Below are positions 12,001-29,298 of a stretch of 64,000 bases of DNA, piece by piece (position 1 is the stretch's first letter; every line of letters begins with the position of its first letter). Source of the stretch: Gracilinanus agilis (taxonomy: Eukaryota); the NCBI RefSeq assembly GCF_016433145.1, contig NC_058133.1, forward strand, positions 476,977,330 through 477,041,329, in the 5' to 3' direction. A program made the position numbers and the translations under genes. Below the pieces are notes generated by a model. The model had not been told where the DNA came from. It saw only the letters and a list, made by a program, of their open reading frames with translations, and made no database searches.

Positions 12001-13845
12001 ACTCTCAGCTGATATAGCACCACATGTATTCCACAGTTGCCATTATAAAACAGGGTGGAAACCCATGGCAACCTTTCCCTCTTAGAGAACTTCAACCCAA
12101 TCTATTGGAGGATTTTTTTACATCTCCAATTTTATAATGTCAATCAGTGAGAAAATGGGATTAATTTTAAATCAATCTGGCCTATTCCATAAGGTGAAGG
12201 GTAGTTCCATATGTTTCCTTTGAGAGCATAAGTTCTTTATCTTTAAAATAGGGGTATAGGGGCTATAAGAGGTCTGAGGATGGATTTTCAGAATGAATTC
12301 AGATGGGGAAAAATTATATCTTTACTCCAATATGATTGGTTTCCTTCGTAATTCTACGTACTTTATTTTAAAAACATGATTTGGCTCTCACGGCCAAAAG
12401 GGTTGCTGCCAGGACTGGCCAGTCGGGAGGTGGAGGCCAGATATGGCTCGAGAGCCATACGTTGCCGACCCCTGTTCTAGAGGCTCTATCTAGTACCCAA
12501 AGTTGAAGACACTTTTCTGACAAGGACTGATTAGGTTATAATCTAGTTGGAAGTAAAAGACTTCCATTGGTTATGCTGTGGATTAACCTGATTTCTCTTT
12601 ATGATGAAACAAATGCCTGTTTTAAGTCCTTTTTTTTCCTTTCTTTGCCTTTTTATATTCTCCAGAGAAATGTTTTTGAAAAGGCCAGTGGATATCCAAG
12701 AATTTGCAGCAGGTGAGACTTATTTTTTGGTGTTTGATCAAATCAGGAAAAAAAAAAAAGATATTGCTGGTTTAGACTGACTGGTAGTCTCTGCAGTATG
12801 GGGTCTACTTAGTGGAACCCTAGAAAGTGATTCCCTTTCTTTCTTAGAATATAGTCAGGTGAGAAAGGAGGCATTAACTTTTCACGAGAGATGTCTGTTA
12901 AGTACTGCACTTTGGTGCTATTTGGTCCTATTTATGCCTTTGCATGTTCCCTGACCCCCTCCTCCCCCCCACTCCCGGTCCTGGGAGACTTGCTCCCACT
13001 TTGCCCCCACTTCTTCTAATCCTTTAGTTTTCCTTAGTTCAGTTTCTGCATCATACAGAAAGCTGAATCTGATACCTCAGATGCTAATACCCTATGCCTA
13101 GAAATTACTTTGTATTTAATTTTAGATACATATTGTTTTCAGGCAGAGGCGGCTTCTTTTTCTTTCTTTTCCTTAGAACCTGGCACTTAATATAGGGACT
13201 TATTAAACATTAGTCAAACCATCTCCATCTCTGGAAATCTTTGAGGGACGGAGCGTTTAACAGCTTGGTGGTATTTGGTTAGATAGTGGATTTCCTGGCC
13301 AGATGAACTCATTGGTCCCCTTCTAGCCTAAAGAATTTGTAGTAGGTCTCTTCAGACTTATTCAAGCAGATATAGCTTGATTCATGCCCTGCTATCTGTA
13401 TAAAGTCTTCTTTTGTTGTCATCCTGAGATCTGGCTCTCCTCTGAAAGGATATTCTCAGAGAGGGTGTGAAATCTAAGATTCAGAAGCTGGCAAGCAGAG
13501 CTTGGACAAGAATAACTCTTGTTAATTGTATGGGCCAGAAATGGGCTAGGGAGCAGAAAAACTCAGATAATCCATCTTCAGAATGTTTCCTGTGCATCGG
13601 CAGGCAAATAAGCAAATATATTTGAGCCAAGGGAAGCTTGGTCTTTGGGGAAAGGGAACTCTTTTCCCTAAGAAATGTGATGTTGAGTTTAGACTGCCTC
13701 ATCTTCTAACAGTGTAAACTGTCTGCATCTAATCCTTTTCATCTCCACTCAAATGTTTTTCCCCCTTTGCTCAGAGTATTTCACAGATCCAAGACTTCCC
13801 AAGAAGATACAAATGCAACTAATTGAACAAGAAAAGAACAGTTAG
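9094..13845 (+). CDS. RIIAD1: RIIa domain-containing protein 1 (92 aa, 4 coding exons)
   Basis: Exons 9094-9177, 9700-9776, 12666-12712 and 13775-13845 (84+77+47+71=279 nt), all GT-AG and in phase. Translation MASLYSGLEGPDPGALSQEQLTKLRDFKINTRIADEKYLRSHKEVGLLLSGFFREMFLKRPVDIQEFAAEYFTDPRLPKKIQMQLIEQEKNS* matches mammalian RIIAD1. Confidence 0.95.
9338..9650 (+). repeat. Degenerate GC-rich minisatellite, about 66-bp unit, 4.5 copies
   Basis: CAGAG(C/T)TCCTC recurs at 9338, 9410, 9476 and 9542. Each is followed by a C tract, a GGTG(C/G)CC motif and a GGGG(C/T)GGGG-like tract. Confidence 0.7.
11507..11693 (+). mobile_element. SINE1_Mdo-like SINE (short-tail variant)
   Basis: Perfect 14-bp TSD aaaagtgcattact. 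A and B boxes intact. Confidence 0.92.
12382..12475. mobile_element. Rearranged hAT MITE family B fragment
   Basis: Ends in GTTGCCGACCCCTG followed by ttctagag. Shares both end sequences with 33119-33285. Confidence 0.6.
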
Positions 13846-14471
13846 CAGAATTGTGATGTTCTGCTATTGGAAGCACAGGTGAGAGAATCTAGCTTTTGAA
13901 AGTTCCTCCACCTACTAAATCTTCTTTACTTTTTTGAAAAATATGCACTGTTATGTCCGGGGCCTAAAAGAATTTTGGCAGAAGACTCAGGTTTAAAGTA
14001 GTTGATATTCATTTTATTGAGATTATTGATATAGAAGAGAGCAAGAGGGAATCACTAAATGTGTTAGAAGGAAGAAGTGTTTCTTAATCTAGTGAGAGAG
14101 ATGAAATAGAAGGCATGAATAATAGGTCTAGAGAAAGATAGCTTTGTTGAGTATCAAAGCTTGGAGAATTTTGCATTTTCTGTTTGATTATAGACTTCTG
14201 TCCACTTTTGTGCCTCCTTGGGGGAAAGGGTGGTGGTGCAGCTAAAGGGTTTTCTGGTTGCTTCTCTCCTCATTCAGTAGCAGTAGTTCTCCTACTGCCA
14301 TCTTCTGGGTTGGTCTAGGATTCTTCATGGTACAAAGAATAAAAAGTGGCAGGAATTCCATTTCTTTGCAAACAAGATTATTTTCTGGTGCAAACACCAG
14401 TTTAGTTTTGCCATTGTGGCTGGCACTTGTTTTTAGTCCAGGGGATTTATGAAATAATGTTGACCTTTTTT

Positions 14472-14652
14472 GGGGGCAGCTAGGTGGTACAGTGTACCAG
14501 TATAGAGAATCAGGCTGGAGCTGGGAGGACCTGGGTTCAAATTTGGCCTTTCTATCTATGTGTCTCTGGGCAAGTCACCTATCCCTGATTGCTTAGCCCT
14601 TACCACTCTGTCTTAGTACTGATTCTAAGAGAAGAAAGTAAATGTTTTAAAA
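14472..14652 (+). mobile_element. Older SINE1_Mdo-like SINE
   Basis: ggggcagctaggtgg...ctgggttcaaat...gggcaagtcac. Confidence 0.8.
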
Positions 14653-14850
14653 AGATCGACTTTTTTGGAGGAATGGGCAAAATCCACACTGCTAGGTATA
14701 CCTAAACCTGTTCCTATTTCACAGGGTCATATCAAGATAAGAAATCTGCTCCATCATCATGGGTTCCTAAGTTACTCTGGACTTTGCCTCTTATGTTATA
14801 AAGCATTGCATTTAAACAAGATTTATTTCCCCTATTTTATTTCCCTGCAG

Positions 14851-15070
14851 TCTTCTTCCTCCTGAGCCCCTGTACTATTCCTGTTACTGAAAAGACTTTA
14901 GTAGCAGGTTAATTCATATCTCACTGCAGAATCTGAAATGACTCCCTTATTCTTGGGACCATTGTACCTTCTGCATATTCTGATTAACTCTTGGTCAGAA
15001 TACACTGGATGTTTTTAGTGGGTGGGTGGGTGGGTGCAAAAATAAAAAGGGGCTGGGATTTATAGGGACA
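14851..15070 (+). other. RIIAD1: Probable non-coding last exon (3' UTR) of RIIAD1
   Basis: Donor CAG|GTGAGA at 13878/13879 after the stop codon. Acceptor tttccctgcag ends at 14850. AATAAA at 15041-15046. Confidence 0.5.
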
Positions 15071-17850
15071 TGGAACAAAGGCAAGTCAAGTGTGTACCAG
15101 TTTTGTCTTTTTATTGTTATCTCTCAGGAGATCTTCTCCTAATGGGGGTGATGATCAGCTCTTTTATCTCAAAAGAGGCAAGAATAGGAGGAAGTAGCCT
15201 AAAGTGGTGGGCAAAAGGCAGTGAGGCTAGATGTCAAGAAGCAACTTTCTTAGTGCTGAGTATTAGAAGACATGAAAAACAGCAGACAGTGGGAGGTCAG
15301 GCATTCTGTCCCTCACTGTCTTCAGGAATAGGACAGATACCAAAGCTATCTGATGACTTAGGTTCAGCCCTGCTAAGACTTTAGGATTAGAAATAGATCA
15401 ACCTTTGGAGTCCAAGAAGTCAGGAAAGTCTTGTTTGTCTTACTCCGGCTTCCCAAATTCATCATGTTTAGTGGCTCTATTATATATAGAACCTCATACC
15501 CTCATCATCCATCAGTGTCACCATAGCAACATTCTAGAGTAGGAATTGTGGTTATAGTCAAAGAATTTTTGAAATGAAAAGGACCTTAGAAATCATAGGA
15601 TCTTGGGTTTAAAAATGTAAGAGGCCCTTCAAGATCACCTGGTCCAACATTTTACATGTGAGAGTCCTGGAGCCCCGAGAGGTGAAGAACCTTGGGTCAA
15701 AGTTACACAGGAATCAGAAGATGGTAAAGCTGGGTCTCACCCTAGGATCTAATGCCTTGGAAGTTCAGAGCTTTTCCCATCGTCACATACCATTCTATGT
15801 CTGTGTTATCTTTTATTCTTTTTCCTGGTCCTGTCACTTGTATCATCATGGAAGGAAGCAAAGTGGGGCACTCAGAACCACCCAAAATTAAACTATGACC
15901 CTCTGGGTTTGGGGTAGCAAGCATTTTGATCATGTCACAGCCATAACTATAACAGCCATGGCATCTCTTCACAGTAGGGGGGAGTAGCAGAATGCCTAGA
16001 GAAGTGAGACAAAGCTCCAGTCTTCAAATAACACACCAGTGCTGCTCACTTGTCACATAGACTGTTTGGCTCCTACCCTTAAGTTTAGACTGTGTCAGGA
16101 GGCCAAGACAGGCAGACATGTAGTGTTTGTCAGTACAATGATAAAGATGAGGCAGTGTGGCATTGTGCAAATGGTGCCAGATTTGTAAGAAGAGGACTGT
16201 GGCACTGCCATTCTTGTGGGACTCAGTTTGCTCATCTGTAAAATGAAGGGCTTGGACAAGATGACCTCTTATGTCCTTTTTGGCTCAAAATCTGTGAATC
16301 TATGTGAATACCCAGGTACATATATGTTTAAATAGCATGTGATAAGAGTTCATATTATGAGAGGAAAACTTCAGATATGGGGACTTCTGTGGAGGTGAGG
16401 TTAGTTTCTACTTTAAATGCCTGAATTTCCATACAGTTATTCAAAATTTTCAGTTTCTTTGTTTTAAAATGCTTTTATCTCCTTGAAAATTTATCAGGGG
16501 CTTTCTGAAAAGTCTCATTGGAATAATCAGTATACTCCAAGGCCCTGGATTAGCTTCTACAAATGTGGGGTACACTTAAAGCTTCTTTTTTCTGCCCCTT
16601 TCACTCCCACAAATGGGAAAGACTTCCTAATCTTACCAATTAAGGGTGGAGAGGGTAAGCCCCTGCTGCTCTCTACTGGCCTGGGTCTGTATGTAGCCAA
16701 ATGAAAGGAATCGGGATAAAGAGGAGCTGAATTTAGTAGTAGTGAATTACCATCCTTCCTTGGCTGTATCCAGGCAGAACTGTGCTACCCCTATCTCAGA
16801 CATAACTGATCGCTTTAGAACCAGTGACTGAAGGACTGTGTGAGTGACTTTTTTTTATTCCTCTGGATAATAATGAAGTTCTGATTATTACAGAAATCCA
16901 GAGTAGACAGGACTTGGGCAGGCCATCTATCCTTAACAAGTAGTCATTCTGCTTTTGCTCAAAGATCTCTCAGATTTGATGGTGTATCCTGCACCACTTC
17001 AGAGAGTTCTAATCAACTGAAGTTTTCCCTAACAGAATCTTTCTGAAGTTTCAGCTCCATATTTCTAGTTCTGCCCCTGAAATCCATTCTGGAACCAGGA
17101 TAATTATTCTCCCACGTGATAGCCTCCCAATTCTTAAAAACAACCATGCCACAGTATCACAGATTTATAGATAGAGAGGACCACTGTGAAGTATCAGATA
17201 ATGACGGGAGTAGGATTAAATGATTTCTTCCTTTTCCAAACTGGGCTACCTCACAATGCACTTAAAAATGACCTTGGCATAATCCATCAGTCTTAATGGA
17301 TAGCCTTTCTCTTGCTAATGGGCCCTATGCTCACGCAGGATCATCTCCTCCCCTTAACTTCCATTAAAAGTGAGTTAATGACTCTTTTGGCCCCTATTCC
17401 AGAATCTCCTAGCCACCAGTTCCTATACATTTTAAGTACTAGAGTAAAGGCAGCCCTTCCTTTCTAAACCTTTACTCTTTTTATTCTAACAACTGCCATA
17501 AAACTTCTGTCTTCAGGCAGATGCAGATTTTTTTGTAGTTACAGATGAAGTTATATACGTAAGTAATAGTACCTTTGCCTGACACTAAGCTTATCTATAG
17601 GATTTTTTTAAACCTCAGACTCATTGCTATTACCAGAAAACGAAATGGAGAAGTTAACTATTCCTTTCATCAGATTGGCCAAGAACAACTTGCCCATGGA
17701 GAGCTGCAATATATGGGAATAGCCTCATTTGCTTTTTCCTTCACTATCTAGAGTCAAAATTTAGTACCTTGAGAATCTGGCTCAAGTATTCTTATTTCCA
17801 TGTCCCATCCCCAAGTAATCACACCTACAGAGGGCACATAGTACAATCTT

Positions 17851-17937
17851 TTTATTGATGCTCATGATGCAGATGGTTGGCATGGCCCACAATGAATTGA
17901 CAGATCCCAGGGAAGCTAGTTAGGACTTCCATTTATT
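17851..17937 (-). terminator. Candidate MRPL9 polyadenylation signals
   Basis: Minus-strand AATAAA at 17937-17932 and 17856-17851, about 390-470 nt past the stop. Confidence 0.45.
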
Positions 17938-18322
17938 TCATTCAGATGGGCTCAGTCTGACTCCAGTTTGAAAGATACCCCATGACAAAAAAATCTCTTG
18001 TGACAAAGCTGGGTCTGAGAAAACTATCACTGACTCCGGTGCAGTGCTTCCTAACTAGGTCTGCAGTAAGGACAGTGGGTGGAAAGTGGACGGGTACTGG
18101 CAGTGTCCATCATACTATTAGCAAACACAGGGGACAGTGATGTAGCATTCTCTCTGATGCCCTGAGACCCTTAAGACCCCAAATGAAGGTCACAATAGGG
18201 GAAGCAAGATCAAGTGTCGATCTATATTCATTCCACTAATTCCAGAGCAGGAGGCCCAAGGTTAGCTGGTTGCCTTAGGTGGAGAGAATAGTTCAGGGAG
18301 TCAGGGAGCTTGTAGGGATCAT

Positions 18323-26174
<7,852 letters not shown>

Positions 26175-26719
26175 AGCCTGGGAGACCGAAATGTGAAGGG
26201 CCCAAGCGACTGGGAGAGAGAAAGGACCCCAGCGTGGACCAGAAAGGCTGCCGAGACGTGCCTGAGTCAGAACGTACTGCGCTTGCGCACGCGAGAGCAG
26301 GCGGTCGGGCAAGTCTCCTTTGGGTTTCTGACTGGAAAGGTCCTTGGGAAGCGCGTAGCCGAATCTCTAAACGAGAGCCGGAAAAGTAGAATGGTTAACG
26401 TTGTCCGATGTTTACTGGTCAAGCTTCGCGTCTGAGGAAATTTTCCGTTAGACGTCAATCCGCCTCACAGCGCAGTTTGTACAGAGTTGTTTGGGGCCCA
26501 CGATTTTAACAAAAATTTAAAAAGCAGCCTGATTTAGCCGTAAAGCAATCTCAGACCAAGTAGGAGAGCTGGATTCTAGTTGTCCGGTCTCTGGGATCTC
26601 AAGATTCTCCCACCAGGAAGGGGTCTTCCGGACATTAGAAAATTCGGGGACATTCCTCCTTAAAAGATGTAAGGAGACCGACTATCCTCAGCGATCACCT
26701 CTGTTTTAGAGGGCTTAAT

Positions 26720-28440
26720 CAGATATCGAAGGAAGAATGAACCAGATATCATTCTTCGCAAATAACATGGTGGTGTACTTCGAGAATCCTGGAGAATTAA
26801 CTGAAAAATTAGCTGAAATAATTAACAACGTTAGCAATGTTACAGGTTATAAAATAAACCCACACAAATCGCCAACATTTCTATATGTTGCCAACAAAGT
26901 TGAGCAAGAGGTAGACAACGAAGTTCCTTTAAAATCAATAGTAGATAATATGAAGTACTTGGGAGTCAATCTGCCAAGACAAACTCAGGAACTATATGAA
27001 CTCAATTACAAAATTCTTCACACAAAGTTAGAATTAAACAATTGGAAAAATGTCAGTTGCTCATGGGGTGGCTGGGCAAATATAATAAAAATGACAATTT
27101 TACCACCATACCAAACTACCCAAAAATTATTTTATAGTGCTAGAAAAAATATCAATTCATCTGGAAAAACAAACGGCCAAGAATACCAAAGGAATCAATG
27201 AAAACAAAATGGGAAGGAAGGTGGTCTAGCTATAGGTCTTGCTGTACCTACATCTCAAAATGTATCACAGTGGTAATCTTCAAAATAATCTGGTACTGGC
27301 TAAGAAATAAGAATGATAAGTGGAATAAATTAGGTACACACTACCTAGTGATAAGTGACCATAGTAATTTAGTGTTTGATGAATCAAAAGATCCATGCTT
27401 TGGGAACAAGAACTCACTTATTTGACAAAAATTTTGGGGAAAATTAGAAAATGGGATGATGACAGAGACAGGGATAGATGGTCAGTATGGATTCATGATT
27501 TAGACATAAAGGTTGATACCATAAGCAAATTAGGGTAGCATGGAATAATTTATTAGTCAGATTTGTGGATAAGGAAAGAATTTGACCTAATAAGAGATAG
27601 TGTGCATTATAGGATGCAAAATGGAGAATTTTGGTTATACTAAATTAAAAAGGGTTTGTACAAGCAAAACCAATGCAACCAAGATTGGAAGGAAAGCAGA
27701 AAGTTGGGTGAAAATTTTTACAGCAAGTATTTCTGATAAAGGTCTCATTTTAATATATGTAGAGAATGAAATCAAATTTACAAAAATATAAGTTATTTTC
27801 CAGTTGACAAATGGTCAAAGAATATGAACAGGCAGTTTTCAGAGGAAGAAATCAAAGTAATTTTTAGTCATATGAAAAAATGCTCCAAATTAGTCTTGAT
27901 TAGAGAAATGGCCATCAATTGAGGTATGGCTGAACAAGTTGTGGTAAGTGATTGTAATGAAATAGTAGTATGTTATAAGTAATGACAAGCAGAATGATTT
28001 CAGAAATATCTGGAAACATTTACATGAGCTGGTACAAAGTGAAGAAAGCAGAACTAGACTAGCAATATTTTTTGATGAACAACTGTGAATGATATATATC
28101 TTCTCAATAATATAGTGATCCAAGACAATCCCAGAGACTTGTGATAAAAAAAAAAAATGCCATCTCCCTTCAGAGAAAGAACCAGTGGAGTCTGAATACA
28201 GACCAAAACATACTACATTTCACTTCTTTTTTTTTTATTTCTTTCCCAAAATATGGAAAAACTATTTTATAAGATTGCACAGATAAAATCTCTTATCAGA
28301 TAGCTTACCTTCTCAGAATTGGGAGAAGTAGGAGTGAATAAAGGATAAAGGATAGGGAGGGAAAGAATTTGGAACTCAAAATTTTTTAAAAGAAAGTTAA
28401 AAATGTATTTTTACATGTAATTTGGGAAAAATACACAAAT
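26720..28440 (+). mobile_element. L1 LINE remnant (ORF2 RT/C-terminus and 3' UTR)
   Basis: Translation ISFFANNMVVYFENP...VTGYKINPHKS...MKYLGVNLPRQTQELYELNYK...WKNVSCSW is degenerate L1 ORF2, with FADD changed to FANN and frameshifts. Confidence 0.9.
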
Positions 28441-29298
28441 ATTTTTTTAAAAACAAACCAGACAGTTGTATGCTCCACAAAAGTGGTTTTGTAGCTGTCA
28501 CAGATAGTAGTAGGTTACAAATGGAAAAGAAGTTATAGATGGCTAGGTGACTTCCAACATTGTATATTGGTTACATCAAGTTCTGGAACAGTATAAGATT
28601 TCTCAAACAAACCCCACAAAAACTATAACTGAATTATCCTCATAATTAAAAAAACAGAAAAGGAATATTTTTCAGACTGTGACATATTCTACACATTGTA
28701 GGTACTTAATGCATATTAAATTGAATGAACATTGACTATGAGGAGAAGGAACCCTAAATTTATACCCCAAATTTGCCCAGAAGTTGTTGAATGGCAGGAT
28801 GAACTCTGAAGGAACTCTTATTCTGCCAAGTTAATAACATCATAGCAGGAAAGAATTAAGCAAAGAGATGAATACATTCTAGATTATGGGCCACATAGGA
28901 GGATACTAGTGGCTTTGTCAGTTGAGAAAAGAGGTGTTTAGAACACTTCATCCCTTGGATAGCAAGTAGTTTTATGGTGGAGAATATACCCTCTAACCTT
29001 TCCCCTTTCAAAATGCCACTACCTAGAATGGGGAGAGAGGCTAGCTAGTTTTTAAGGAAAGAATGACTTTCAGAGAGGAATGCTGGAAAGCCTAGGTGTT
29101 GTCTGTAAGTACCTTGAGCCATTGGGTGGAGTAGACACAGCAACAGTGAGATCCTGAGATGAGTTAGGGCTGGGGCTTCTGTCCATGTCACAGTGGGATT
29201 GTCTCTGGCCTAGTGGGTCACAATGGTAGGAGGTAGCAGGAGTCTCAGCTCCTCTTTCCTCATCTCACTTTGCCGCTGGGTGGCACTGAATTAACAAA

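Noticed and set aside
26737-27425. 154-aa and 75-aa ORFs as a possible domesticated reverse transcriptase
   Set aside because: They are frameshifted L1 ORF2 pieces with the catalytic DD changed to NN.
29180-29225. Two GTCAC half-CRE-like motifs upstream of the OAZ3 CUG
   Set aside because: They are too short and degenerate to support without alignment, although CREM control would be plausible.
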